Below are positions 26,611-40,898 of a stretch of 64,000 nt of DNA, piece after piece (position 1 is the first letter of the stretch; each line of letters begins with the position of its first letter). Source of the stretch: Chrysomallon squamiferum. Lineage: Eukaryota > Animalia > Mollusca. The position numbers were made by a program, and so were the translations under genes. The DNA lies in NCBI GenBank assembly GCA_012295275.1, contig CM022679.1, positions 18,662,001 to 18,726,000 of the forward strand. Reading direction: 5' to 3'. The notes under the pieces were generated by a model that saw only the letters and a program-made list of their open reading frames with translations, was not told where the DNA came from and did no database searches.

Positions 26611-27948
26611 GAGTTCATCGTCTGTGCCACCGCCCGGATTAGCTGAATCGACTGTTCTGCTTTTAGTTCCTTTTTATGACACAGACTAAATTATTCATAC
26701 GTGCATAACTCAGCAAATGTGAAAATCCGTTAAATATCGGCATAAATGTTGAACATTAAGTTATTACATTCAAAAAAAATTCTTACCTGTGTCTTTCTAA
26801 TAAAAGTTTCAATGGATATAATGTTACAAAATACATAATCTTACATTTTATTTACATATTAAAAAATATTTTATTTGCTCAAAATCGCTTGGTGTTTCAT
26901 TAAAACAAAAACAAAAAAAAAAAAACAAACAAAAAAATACCCCAAAAACAAAGAAAACACCATTAAAATCCTTTGAATTAAAAATCGAGAAATAGAAAAT
27001 GATCTCTGCTTACATTTTCACATTCCACTGGTTCTGTAATGAGATTTTGACCTTCTTTATCTTTACAGAATGATTTAAAAATACATTTTAAGAATCATCC
27101 TGAAACCTAACGGTGCTGACAACAACGACAATAATCACGATGATACGAAAAGCAACAATAATAGCTTTGATACACATTAAATAGTCAGTGATTTAAAAAT
27201 TATATATTGAGAAAATCGATAGAAGGGCATAATCTGAAACGAAATTAAAGTGGAATCTGAAATATAATTGAAGATTAAGGGTGACAGAGGAACATTTTGA
27301 TAAATGGAACGTAAGAGCTAATGATATTTATTTTGAATGCGATCTTGTTGCAATTTTTTCGTTTCTTTTTAATTTCTATTTAATGGACATTTTTTTTCTT
27401 ACTTAAGAAATATTATTAATACGATATTAATGATTATTTATAACTGCTTTCTTTTTCAGACTGACTTAATTAAAATCAAATTATGTAGACTGTTGTCTAA
27501 ATGTCAACAAAATAGAAAACACTAATCTAAATACTGGACTTAATTACAAATAATAACAGATACGATACGTATTCTATTGTGGCTTAAGTTGCTATCATTG
27601 CCACCTGTGTTACTATTTTCATGGTTGAAAATTCCTTTCTGTGAAATTCAATCTTTTTGGCAATGAAAATAATAAAATAATCTTTTTACAGCATCACTAA
27701 AATTCCTCCTACTAGCTCAGACCCACCTAACTCTGGAGTTTAGATCCAACTCTGTTATTCAACATGGCTGCGTATTGTTTGCTATCGACAAGTTTGAAAA
27801 TGTTCTATTGTTTTGTAACTTCAAAGGGATGTCATGCAAAGTGCTTGCTGGTCACTGGTCGTAAAAGCGGTTTAAGGAATTCTTTTCGGTGGAATTAGCA
27901 AGAAGAATAGGATGATCTCGACTGAATTAAAAAAAAAAAAAAAAAAAA

Positions 27949-27979
<31 letters not shown>

Positions 27980-29460
27980 TAAAATTAATTTTATTCTCTG
28001 TAGTCGCTAGCTCAGTTGTTAGATGTCCAGCTTCATGGGTGTCAGGTTGTGGAATCGGTCACCTGATTCTTCGATTCAGGTCATTCTCGTTCCTGCCAGT
28101 AAAACGACAAGTAACCGAATAGAGTTTGATGTTCTTCCAGCCTCTCTATTAGAGACAGTTAGGAAAAGCTTTGTATATAAGCTGATGTATATTTTTTTGT
28201 TTATTTCTAAAGCGCGTTTGCTAGTTGAGCGTTAGACAGTAAGGACGTGCAACGTTACAGTTATAAATTCTTATATCAGTTTATTTCAAATGTAATGGCT
28301 TCAACACTCCTCGCTTGACACTTTTTAGTCTTTCTTGGTTGATGTATGATACTAGTTCCCATACTACTACAACGAGTATCACGTGTTTAATCAATATGAT
28401 GCGACGTGCTATTGTAGTGTTTTAATTTGTGACATTGTGTCGAGTGATGAACTCTGAAAGCAATTGGGTTCTTAATGGATGTTATCTTCCGCCCAGAACA
28501 TCGATTTCTTCGCTAAGTTGTGTATGTGTAGAGAAAGCCGCGGTTACGTATAACAATCGATTTTACCCTTACTTAGTTCTGATTAATACAATAGATGAAA
28601 AATATTGTCTTCTTCCTTTCTAGGAATACAATCGAAAATTCATCAGATCTACCCAAATGGTTTGTAGATTCATGAGTGTGTAAGTACACACACACATTCA
28701 CACACACACACACACACACACTTATGAAATCTATACTCAGCTTCTTAATGGCAAATAATAGAATCGCTATCTTAATTAACATTATTCTTTATTAGATATA
28801 ATGTTATTTCGATATATAGTCATAATTACACAGTGCTTCGATATAATAATTCGTGGGGCCGGCATCAGTTGTCTCTGGCGCATTACTTTATAAGTTATGT
28901 ATCACATAGTACCTTACTATTGCATTCTCAGTGGCCGTGGTTTGCTATGGTTAGCTCATAATTACTAATTTAGAGAACAATTTTCATCATTCATCTATTT
29001 AAAAACTGACCAGTTCCATTTTTCACAAGAAGAAGAAACCAAAAAATAAAACTTAAACAAAAATGATGAAAAAAATGAGTTTTACTGCTACTGAAAATTG
29101 ATCGTAGATAGTTATCTCGATTCAGTACATGTAAATTAATTTCAAAATGAAAATACTCTTTTATCAAGAACTGGTAATTAACGACACGAAGCTGTGTCAA
29201 CTGTTGTATATGAAAAGTAGTTTTTAGTAAACAGTTACACCGATGATTATTTTATTGTATTTTTATTGTTGCAGTGATTATTGCTGCTGGTTTAAAGTCA
29301 CAGGAAACAAGCAGTCATCTGAAAGAAAGATATCTCTTTATAACCTTCACACAACATTTCTTACTTATTTTTTTTTTTTTTTGATTATTATTAATAAATT
29401 TATTTGAGAAAAGAATTTCAATAAAAGTAATAATATTAATAATAATAACAATAATAATAA

Positions 29461-29491
<31 letters not shown>

Positions 29492-29730
29492 AAGAAAAAA
29501 AAGAAGAATTGAATTTATAGGAGCTTTATATGTCCAATTTAAAGTTAAAAGTATTTAATATTTTGATATACATAATATAGCAGAAATCTGGCTAAATGTA
29601 CCTTTTTTTTTTTCTCGAAAATGAAAAAGAAATTTGAATAAAGAAAAGAATCGTAAGTTTTTGATCATTATCTTTATCTGGTCTGCAGATTTAGACTATT
29701 CTTTTGTTCCCAACATTTACTGTCCTTTAC

Positions 29731-29816
<86 letters not shown>

Positions 29817-31807
29817 TTTGAATTTATTTGTCGATTGTTCAGACCTGTTCATGTGTATTATTTATGAACATTGTCTTGTGGTTTATAGCTTAATGTCGTG
29901 ACTTGGTCCTAGTCCATTGTTTACTCATTGCTTTGTTAGATTAGTTTGTTTCATTGTAGTCTTATTTGTTGACTTTCTTTTAAAACTCTTATTCTGTTTC
30001 ACTTTATTCTCTATTTTAAGTTTCCTTAGATTTTTCTTATGCAATTGTAATATTTAATTTTATATTCCTTTAGATTTTTTATATATTCTTTAGCATGATG
30101 TTTTATGAGTTTCTCATTTAATTTTACTGGTGATATTGCTTTATAACATGCTGCCAATTACAAAACCATTTCAGTAATCGATTATTTTTCTTCTGAACTT
30201 AGATGAAAACCGAATTAGATATTTCTAATTAAATAAACTTAGATCTTTGTTTCTTTTTCTTTCTTTTTTCTTAAATTCGTGTAACGGAGAAAATTTAACA
30301 TTAATTAACAGGTCCAGACGTCCAATCTACAGATGCTATTTTAGTAATCAGGAAAGGCCTGTCAGTTTATTCTCTTGTGCTTTTTTCCCATGTGAATGTT
30401 CTCTTCTCTTAAGACTCTATTTTGTTACTGGAAGACAGTTTGAAACTGGCGTCCATTGTTGTATGAAATATTTAGAAATGTTTATTAAAACTGTTATTTA
30501 ATTTCAGTGGCTTTCTTCCTTTTCTTTCCGGTAGCTTTCAGGCTTCTAGAAATAATAAATCGTAAATTGTGCATCTCTCAGTATGTATTATGACAAAACG
30601 AGTCCACTACTCTGACAGATAGGCGTATCGCCTTCCGCTTGAGAGTAATTCCTAATTCCATTTTGTCACCTATCATCTGTCAAGGACAAACAATAATTAG
30701 TACGAATAACAAAACGTGAACTTAAGAACCAGCAATTTTCCAAACCATTAGCGAATTAGATTTAGTAAATTCTAGCAATGACGATCGCGTTTTATACGAA
30801 CAATGAATCTAGCAGACTGTAATATTAATTATGTCCAGCACTAATGTCCCAGTTTCATTATAAATCAAAAATCAAATTCATATTTACATTTTAACAAAAT
30901 TATTTAATGAAATATGCGGCATATTACTGATATCAGTATGTTTTATTAAGAAGGTTCGTATTTTACAAACAAACATTTTTCATAGCTGTTTATGCTTTGT
31001 CAGGATATATGATTATTATTATTATTATTAAAATAGATAGAAATATATTCTAGTTATTTTTGTCAAAACTAGGTGATGAAATGATGATGATGATGATTAC
31101 TATTATTATTATTATTATTGTTATCATCAACATCATCATTACAATCATCATCACCATCATCATCGAAATAGTGAACACGTTTTCAATCGCTGATTATCAT
31201 AATGTTATTAACTGTCGGAAACTGAAATCATCCACTAGAACGAATGTTGATTATCAGTCAGTCTTGTTAATCGAAACATTAAACAAATAAATAATGTTCA
31301 TTTATCATAATCAGAACAGTTGCACATCAAAATCCGAAAACCCCAACAACAACAAGAAAAAAATCCAACAACAAATAAACAAAAACAGCCCTCATATTAT
31401 AAAATGACTGAAAATGTAGTTGTTAATAACATGCATTGTTTTTGTTTGATAATTTTACAGCTATAAAATGATATTACTTGGATTATAGTCAATTTTTTTT
31501 ATTAATTTTCAGTCGTCTCGGTTTCCCTATATTATCACTAGTAATAAGCTGCAAATCATGTCCTAAGACGTAGAAATCATCTTGCGTCTGTTTCTCGTAA
31601 ATTGTTATTTTTAAGTTGGTTGCTATGACAGTTGTGTAAAAACTATCGTTTTTGCTCTGTACAAACGGATAAATCTTCAGGCACAGAGACGGAGAAAAAT
31701 TAACACCTGGCATTTCTCAGAGAATACCCTATTTATTATTTTGCTAACCGCTTTTCGTTTGTCACGAATAGGTTTCTAGTGTACTTGACTAGAATTATAC
31801 GCGAATT

Positions 31808-31843
31808 ATTAACGCAAACATTCATTTCTCTTCTTTTTTTCAG
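31808..31843 (+). promoter_or_regulatory. Splice acceptor opening the receptor's coding exon
   Basis: Branch-point-like ATTAAC, long polypyrimidine tract and CAG at 31841-31843, 881 nt upstream of the ATG. Confidence 0.55.
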
Positions 31844-32724
31844 GATCGATGTTATTTTCACCTTGCAGAGCTGGCGTGGACTCAGTGAGAAATTCTAGCT
31901 GTAACAGTGCCATAATGGACAAAAATCTGTAAATACATACGTATTTTTTCCTGCATCATCTTTCTGGATACTGAAAACATTTGGTGCTGGAGTCTTCATC
32001 CTAATCTACTGTTCAGACATCTCGCTATGTTTTGTTCAATTCGACAGATTCTGAATACAAGAGATGCGTAGCAGTATCTTATTAGTTGCCGAAAAATCAT
32101 TTATTCTTTTATTAAATGACTGAATAACCTAACAAATGAAATATTCCTAGGATTAATATTTTCAAAAACAAAAGCTATTCATTGTTTTAATAGCTATACC
32201 TCTTGACCTTTTTAAACGTCTGTTTTTACTTTGAGTCAATAGTTCATTCTTGTGACATTTTAAATCTTTGGTTTTTTTTATGTGCAAGTTGTTTTGTCAT
32301 GGAAAAAAACTGAGTGAACTGCAAACTAATTAAATTCAAGGTACAGCATGTTCCAATATAAGTGACATCTTTAAGTCTTAATTTTAAATGAGGTTTATTA
32401 TATGCATGTTATAATAGCATCTTGAAGACTGATTATGGTATTAAATTAAAACAAATCGACTGAACAAGATAAATGAAGATATGCATTGATTTCCAAAGGC
32501 TAAATCTTGACATCACAGACCTGAAGACTATACCTGTGAAAATATTTCATGTTGAATTATGTATAATAATTAATATAACATCAGTTGTGAATAGGAATTA
32601 AAATCAAATTTGTATATTGCAAAAGCTATCCTGTTACAACAGCCACATTTGAACAATTAACTAGTTTTAGAGTAATAATTTAATCTGTTTATTAACGAAG
32701 TGTTAAATTTGGAAATTTGACATC

Positions 32725-33966
32725 ATGGATGAGCTATCAAATTTGATAAGTTCCGTTGCACCACTTGAAGACTACTCCTTACCACCGTGTGATGACTGGT
32801 CTAATGAAACTTTATTAGCAGACAACAGCACTAGGTCAGCGCGAGGTGGTATTGGTGTTATTTCAGTCATTCTAGCCACATGCTATACTATCATATGTGT
32901 AGTTGGCCTGCTTGGTAACAGCCTCGTCATCTACGTCGTTGTACGATTCGCTAAAATGAAGACAGTAACAAATACGTACATTCTAAACCTGGCAATTTCC
33001 GATGTGCTCTTTTTGATCAGCCTGCCGTTCCTAACGACGACGACGTTCTTTCAGTACTGGGTGTTCGACTTAGCTATGTGCAAGATATACTTGCTTCTTT
33101 TTTCGATCAATCTGTTCACTAGTGCCTTTATGCTAATAATAATGAGTGCTGACCGTTACCTGGCAGTGTGCCACCCAATCCGCTCTCTTAGGTACCGCAC
33201 ACCCAATGTGGCTTTAATCATTTGTCTCGGTATCTGGTCCATATCTTTCCTGGTGATGCTTCCCATCATATTGTATTCAACAACAGTAGCTAATCCAAAT
33301 TATAATGGCAAACAGACCTGTACAATTTTATGGCCAGAAGGACAGCCAATCCCAGCCAATAAAGCTTACATTTGGTACACTTTTATTCTAGGTTTTGCTA
33401 TACCGGTGTCAGTGATATCTGTTTTCTACGTTCTCGTTGTCTTACGACTGCGAAGGGTTGGCCCAGCCAAGAAATCTAAGGAGAAAAAAAGATCGCACCG
33501 TCGAGTTACTCGTATGGTGCTGACAGTGATTTCGGTGTACATTGTCTGTTGGTTACCATATTGGATTTTTCAGGTATATTTAATCTTCAACCTCACACCC
33601 ATTTTGATTTTACCACACTGGCAAGTGATACTCTTCAGCACCTTTACTGTGCTTACTTTTACCAACAGCATGTTAAATCCATTCTTGTACGCATTCTTGA
33701 GTGACAATTTTAGAAAAAGTTTCCTAAAAGCGTTCAAGTGCGCTTCGCCTGCGGAGATCAACAAGGTGCTGTGCGGAGAAAACAGCTTGTTTCCGCGAAG
33801 TAGTCAGACCTGCGGAAAAAGTGTCGCCATGACAAGCACGATCGATGAACGGATGGAGCTGTCCACGTTCGAAGTCAACCAAAACTCAGCAAGTCACGTG
33901 GTCTGTGAATCTAACAATCAAAATTATCAAGATGAACAAGGATTATTAAAGCCAGTGGCACTTTAG
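32725..33966 (+). CDS. AstC-R: Class A neuropeptide GPCR, allatostatin-C / somatostatin receptor family, intronless CDS (413 aa)
   Basis: Seven hydrophobic segments. GLLGNSLVIYVVVRFAKMKTVTNTYILNLA is the SSTR/opioid/AstC-R signature. Also SADRYLAVCHP, CWLPY and NPFLYAFLSDNFRKSF, with N-terminal sequons NET and NST. Confidence 0.93.
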   Translation: MDELSNLISSVAPLEDYSLPPCDDWSNETLLADNSTRSARGGIGVISVILATCYTIICVVGLLGNSLVIYVVVRFAKMKTVTNTYILNLAISDVLFLISLPFLTTTTFFQYWVFDLAMCKIYLLLFSINLFTSAFMLIIMSADRYLAVCHPIRSLRYRTPNVALIICLGIWSISFLVMLPIILYSTTVANPNYNGKQTCTILWPEGQPIPANKAYIWYTFILGFAIPVSVISVFYVLVVLRLRRVGPAKKSKEKKRSHRRVTRMVLTVISVYIVCWLPYWIFQVYLIFNLTPILILPHWQVILFSTFTVLTFTNSMLNPFLYAFLSDNFRKSFLKAFKCASPAEINKVLCGENSLFPRSSQTCGKSVAMTSTIDERMELSTFEVNQNSASHVVCESNNQNYQDEQGLLKPVAL

Positions 33967-34081
33967 AAATTAAAAAAATGTATATCTTATTCGAGTAGGG
34001 CTTTCTCTTCCGTAAGAGTTTGGTTAATTTTAGAACAGCTGGAAAAAATGAATAAATGCATTAAAGGAAACCGCACTGCAT

Positions 34082-34119
<38 letters not shown>

Positions 34120-34837
34120 CCATATACTAAGTAATGAGTTAAAAACTCAGACCATTTAACTTCACACTTTCAAACAGATGTTTGTCTTTGAACTATCATT
34201 ATCATTAAAACCCTACTCCAAATGGGTGGTACTTTTTTCTAAGTAAATGAACAATTTATAGAAAGCTGACACAGAGGACCTTCGAAAATTGCACTGTTTC
34301 ATACTCGAACAATCTGAATCTCCAACAAAAAATATTTGCGAAAAACCCGGTTTGAATTTCGAACAAAATTCAAAAGTCGACTATGAAAGAATTCAATTGT
34401 CTTCTAATTTCTCTGTTGAATTGTAAGCACAGCCAGATTTCTTGTGAATTTGTTGAGTGAGCGTCCTTTTCTTCTTCTTTTTTTTTTTTGTATTTAAGAA
34501 AAAGCAGGCGAAAGCAAATGACATTGGAGAGGTTCTGTGAAGAAAGATCAATTGATGGTAGCAATGCTAGTGATCCACAGCTCTCAACCAGTGAAACAAA
34601 AAGAAAAAGGAGAATGCATATCAGAAGGCAAGTTTTTATGGAAACAACTCACTGTTAAAGCAAACACTACTCTCATTTTTTCGGCTTTGCATTTAAAATG
34701 TTTTTGATTTGTAAATTTTAGTGTCGGGAGCGGTTTAATTAAATATTATTGCTTAACAGTTTTAATCAAAAGTAAAACAACTGTTTGGAGCAGATTGTGT
34801 CGACTGTAAACTCTATATCAGCAGCCTTTTGGACAAT

Positions 34838-34899
<62 letters not shown>

Positions 34900-35061
34900 A
34901 TTCCTTATCCGAAATTATGAAATCCGACATTTTTTCAAGCAGTAGAGATTGCCAAAAGATTCCAAGAGCTCCAGTATTAAAGGGGAAATATCTTTAATGT
35001 GGAGTGGCCCAGTTACTGAACGGTTTGGTGCATATGTGCTTTAAATTAAAAAAACAAATAA

Positions 35062-35113
<52 letters not shown>

Positions 35114-38100
35114 TATATTTGAAAAAAAAAATACACTACAAAATGATGATAAATAACAAAATTGTGACACTTAAAGAGTAGTTCCTGCCTTAGTGGGTTA
35201 TGCATGGCTGTTAACAGACGAGTTTTTTATAACGTTAATATTACCCTATTTATTCATCATGAGATGGGTCTCATATTCTGGAATTAAAAAAAAAATCAGA
35301 ATCGTCTTTTCGAAACAAAGTACTGAAAAATATTATATTAATTTTAAAAAATAATATAAGATAAGGATACGCATGCGTTTTGTATATAATAAGCTCGCTC
35401 TAAGTTCATAAAAACAACTAAGTCGATATTATTCCACCTTACTGTGTAAATTCGCCTTTATATATATTATTTTTCTTATCAGTCCAAATATTGTATTAAA
35501 TTATACGGCTTCTTTCCTAAGGTGACAAAAATATTATTAAATAAATAAAAACATTAAATATATATAATAAAGTATGAAATAAATAAAAAAAATTAACAAT
35601 AATATGCATTTCATGCGTAATCTATTTACTTATCTGAATTTTGTTTTCACCTATGGATAAAACATAATCAAGCAGTAATAAAGTTCTAGAATTAATGTAT
35701 CATACACAAAAATTTGATACTAACAGATTTACAATGCAGATTACGTAGCACATGCAGTCCTACCATCACAGAATTACGAGCTCGACAGAATTGACAGTAA
35801 GTTTTGAAACGCTCTTATTACGATTATTCTTCTTCTTCTTCTTCTTCTTCTTATTATTATTATTAACATTTCTCTACATCATACGGTCAAAGGTCAGCAA
35901 GCTTTTGCTTCTTTTTTTTTTGTGCTAAAAACAAAAAAACATTGTTCTGTCTCAAAAAGCAGTTTTGTTCGGTGGTCAGTAAACAAATGTAGTCGATTGT
36001 TCTGTGTGATAATTTCAGGATAAAAGAGCAGTGTATAGAATTTCAGTGAGACTTAACTGATACTTCGATTGTGTATATTGTTATACCTGACAGGTGTTGA
36101 GAATGTCGACTATAATATTATTAGTATATAGTACTTCTTTGTTGGAAGTGTGTTAACTTACAACATTTATGATATTATTATTGCATTATTTCGGTAAGCA
36201 GATGTATTCATTTGTTAAATTATAACATTGTTTTGGAAATGTAGTACTTGTATTAGATATTCAGTTATTTATAATGTTAAAGTATTGCTGTGGTTGTAAT
36301 AATATTTTTTTTTTTGGTTAAAAATATAATTAGATGATACTTAATTAAAAGATTCTGACATGTTTAGTTATTCACTCTGAATACATAAATGGCTTAAATA
36401 ATTAATTAAAATAAATACTGAATTATAATACAACGGTGATAAACGTTTGTGAAGTTTTTCATAATTATTGTGTGTGTCTCTTGAGTTTTGTACTTAAAAT
36501 ATTGCAGTTTCGGTGATGAACAGTATCTGTTATTATACTTTCTAAATAAATGTTTGTCTGATATCAATGATGAAAAGAAAAAGAAAAAATTAATTAAAGT
36601 TTTGAAGAACTCAGTATTAATGATGATTAAAAAAGTTAATTTGAAATATTTTATAATTTCTGTTTAAAATTATCCTGTAACAGAAGCGATTTTATTTATT
36701 AAATCATTTAAGTTATGTAAGTTTTAAAAATAAACATTTTAAAAGCGTAAAACTGAAATATATTTTATTTTATAAAGTTATGAATTTATTTCAATTATAT
36801 TCATTTTAAAATAATTTCAGTAATTATATTTTACGTTGTGATAAGATGTAATAATTTTTTTAATGCAGTAATTTTTAAAGCATAAATTAATTCAATTTAA
36901 CAGTATAAATTATTTCCACCTTTTAAAATTACTGTATTTATTTGTGTTCCTTTTTGTATTTAAATTTACTAACATAATAAAACATTCACGCCACTGAATT
37001 AGTAAAATAGAAATATACGTGAAAGTATTGTATATTGCCGTTTGTTTATCTGATTTTTGTCAAATAAAATTTTGTTTTATTTCAGTGTAGTTCAATAAAG
37101 TCTGTTAACATAAAGCACTACTAGTAATGTTGTGTATTTCTTTTCTTTTTTTCTAGTTGTACGGTCTGCTTCAGATTTCATTATTAATCATCAGTTTATT
37201 ATTATTTGTTGATTACGAGTAAATAGATAAATAAATAAATTTAAAATTTAAAAATAAACAAATAAAATTGTTAAGATGTAGAAAATGTTCGTGCTGACAA
37301 ACTATCATGCACGCACACAGCACTCGTACATTTCTAAACAGCTAATTACAGCAGTAAACTATCACATGTTTTATATAGAAATCGACATTTCAGTTCTTGA
37401 ATGCTGTAGAACATCTTTTAAAATCGGGATAAACCTTGGTTAGTGTGTTATTTGATACTACTCTATTAAAATAATCGAGTGTTTGGAAAACTGTTCGTAA
37501 GTTTAAATACAGTGGAAGAAATTCGACTGTGTAAACCCTTATTTAGTAAGATATACTAAAATATTGTGTATAAGATCTCAGCCAGCAACGCTCTGTGCAC
37601 AAAGTAAAGTTAATTCTCCAAAACTGATGTTCGTTTGGAAAAGTGGATCATATTAAATTTCTTTATTTAATTGTATAAAGGCAAGTAATCAGTATCGAGG
37701 TAAATATATGTGTATACATACATATGTGTGTCTATGCGTATGTATATATGTATGTGTGTGTGTATGAATGTATGAGTGTATACATATATATTTGTGTATG
37801 TATGTATGTATGATGTATGTATCTGGATGAATGTATATGTGTGTTTATATATGTGGATGTATCACTGTTGGTGGGTGTGTGTGTGTTTCTGTGTCTGTGT
37901 GTGTGTGTATGTGTGTGTGTGTGTGTTTCTATGATTTACTGTTTTTCTGGACCACAGTTAAACATAAACATTATAAAACACTCAGTGAAAAGTATAAAAA
38001 GTATAGAACAAAATTGTATTTGTCTGTCTGCGATTAGCCATAGTCGTTTTACTACTGCTACCATACCAACACATGCAAGAAACAGGCAGAACGCTGAACA

Positions 38101-40354
38101 CACTTAATGGTTTGTTACCGTACATATAAATACTCTCACCAAACTTGACATAAATTAATATGCATTTTCTAAAGAATTAAAAATAAAATCAAACAGACAA
38201 TTCATCAAGTAAACTTTTGATTTTCTTTACAATCGTATACATTACAGAAAGTCGAAAGATTGTGTAAAATATGTCCTCACTTTTTCACCGTTTAAACAGA
38301 GAAAATAAAATAAAATGCAAATAAAAACACGTAAGATAAGGTTTGTCACAGGCTAAAGCTATATTTACAATTATCCTTATACTTAAGAAAGCAGGTGTCA
38401 ATATCATCTGGCTTATAAATAAATAGAAATAAATCTTAAACTCGAAAGTATTTATGCAACACTACGAATAAACTAATTGCACGAAAGGCGAGATTCATTA
38501 AATTATCTAGTCCGAAATCTATTTTTGAAAAGTGTTATAAATGTGAAATGTTTATTATGGATGTAAATTACATAGACAATTATGTCTCTTCCAAGAAAAA
38601 TGAAATACTAAGTATTTTGATATATATATGTATGTATATATATTTTTAAAATAATGATTAAAGAGCAACACTCATTTTTTTTTTTTTTTTTTTTTAAACT
38701 GTAAGGAAGAAAATAGTATTTATTTTTCTTAATTTGATACAACTAAAATTACCGACATAATTTAATAAACCTTAAATATGATTTCAATATATTTTAATCA
38801 GTAAATAACTATTATTTTAGATCAAATTGGATGGACCATACACTCTTGTAATTTCACACATAAAATATTCTCAATTGACGTAAACGAGAGAATTACGTTT
38901 TAGTCCATTTAATCTCATTTTAATATTTATGATTCGTGTTGTTAATCTAGTAAGAGACCAAACATGTTCAGATTATATGTTCTAGTTACACTCACTGCAG
39001 TGCACTTTAATGCTGTCACAGATAACAGATTGTTAATCAGTGAACTTTGTTCGTTTACACTGAAATCTAAACAACGTGGTATTGCTTTTTCTGGTACGTT
39101 ACCTATAAACTTTCAATTCTCAGATGTTCTAATTACAGTCTGTGCCTCATATTTCCTTCTTTTTTCAATCATTACTGGAACATTTCGAAAATTTTCAGTA
39201 ATTTAGTATGCGTTACACTGTAAGAAGTATATACTGTTATATCATTTTGTCTTCGTTCAGCTATTCATTTGAAATTCACACTAGAAAATAATTAGCGACA
39301 GGAAGTATTGATTTGAGACAGATACATGCTAATACGGTATTCATTTCGTTTGGGTATTTGTACGATATTATTTTTACCTTGTTACGATTCATCATATCCC
39401 GCTAATGATATATATATAATGTCTAATCAGATATTTGAAGGTGTAAACAGGTACTTTGTCCATATTTGGAGATGTGTCCTTGTATTTAAAGTCGAACATG
39501 TATACATACAGACATATAAATTTAAAATAATAAAATATTTCAGCCTTCGGACTTCTGAATATTCATAATTACTTTTCAGAAAAAAATTAACTTTCTGAGA
39601 TGACCTTTTTTTTTTTTTTTTTTTTTTTTAAAGTTTAATTTATAATCATACTGTCTGCACTGGCATTATCTTGGGATGGAGGAGATGATATATTTGTTTG
39701 TGTGTTTCGGTTAAATAAAATGACTACGCTATTATTATCTTCATAATAACTACATCTTCGTAACTACATCAGATTACATAAATCAAATTGCTTCCACTTA
39801 AATCAAAATTATATTATTGTAACTTACATGACTGTTAAGAGTGTATAGATTTTGCCGTATCTATGAAATTATTTCTTGTGAACAAAGCAGTTCTGCGGAT
39901 GTGATATTTAATTAGCCGTTATGTCTCAGTGATGTTAAGCTAACCTGAAACATTAGTTAACTAAAGCAATTAAAGAGTAAAAATTCCTTCCGCCAGCATC
40001 AAACTATCAGGATCACGACACGCTAATCTGCAGATCATTGTACTGGCCAAATGGATGATATATCGTTAATATATTATTGAGTATCAGACTTACAATAACT
40101 TGTTGTCTGCTTTAAAACAGTAGTAATTGTTTCTAGATTTAATATTTCCATTTGTTAGGTCACTGATGAAATAAGCTATATTTACGAAAGTTGTCTTCAA
40201 ATAGTGATGTCAGAATACTTGTTTCGAAAAGGAGACTGATATATCGGATTATACGATAAATAAAATGACCTGTTACTGTTTTATGATATCGGCTTTGACT
40301 TTTTCAAACGAATCATAGACACATGGCATTCGCCATTGTAATTTAATTTTAAAT

Positions 40355-40450
<96 letters not shown>

Positions 40451-40503
40451 AAATGAAAAAACAAAAAACCCAGACTAACAGACAGAGAAACCATTTTACT
40501 GTG

Positions 40504-40551
<48 letters not shown>

Positions 40552-40856
40552 CTAAACGTGCATTATTTATATATATACAATAAAAACTTAGAGCAGAAAA
40601 AGAAAGAAGCATCATAACTGATTTCAGTTCTTTGAAATGCAATTAGTTTCTGATGATTTCACACAGCTGTTAGAATCGCTGTAATATAAAAATTATAAAT
40701 CCAAAGGTTCAGCGAGTTCGACTGAAATTATCTTTAAATATTTTTAATAATCTAGTTTCATTCTTTTCTTTTTTACTTTTTGTGTTAGTTTTTAAATGCT
40801 ATTTTTCTATTTCCTCTTTTTTCTTTTTTTTTCTATAAAAGTCCTTTAAAGTTATA

Positions 40857-40898
<42 letters not shown>

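Noticed and set aside
28005-28080. tRNA-like A box TAGCTCAGTTGTTAGA
   Set aside because: No cloverleaf or clean B box; at most a decayed SINE head, not a tRNA gene.
37094-37099. AATAAA as the receptor's polyadenylation signal
   Set aside because: Plausible GU-rich context, but AATAAA is frequent in this AT-rich DNA and cannot be singled out without transcripts.
40158-40210. Hammerhead-like CTGATGA...GAAA
   Set aside because: The core-adjacent pairs of stems I, II and III are all mismatched.
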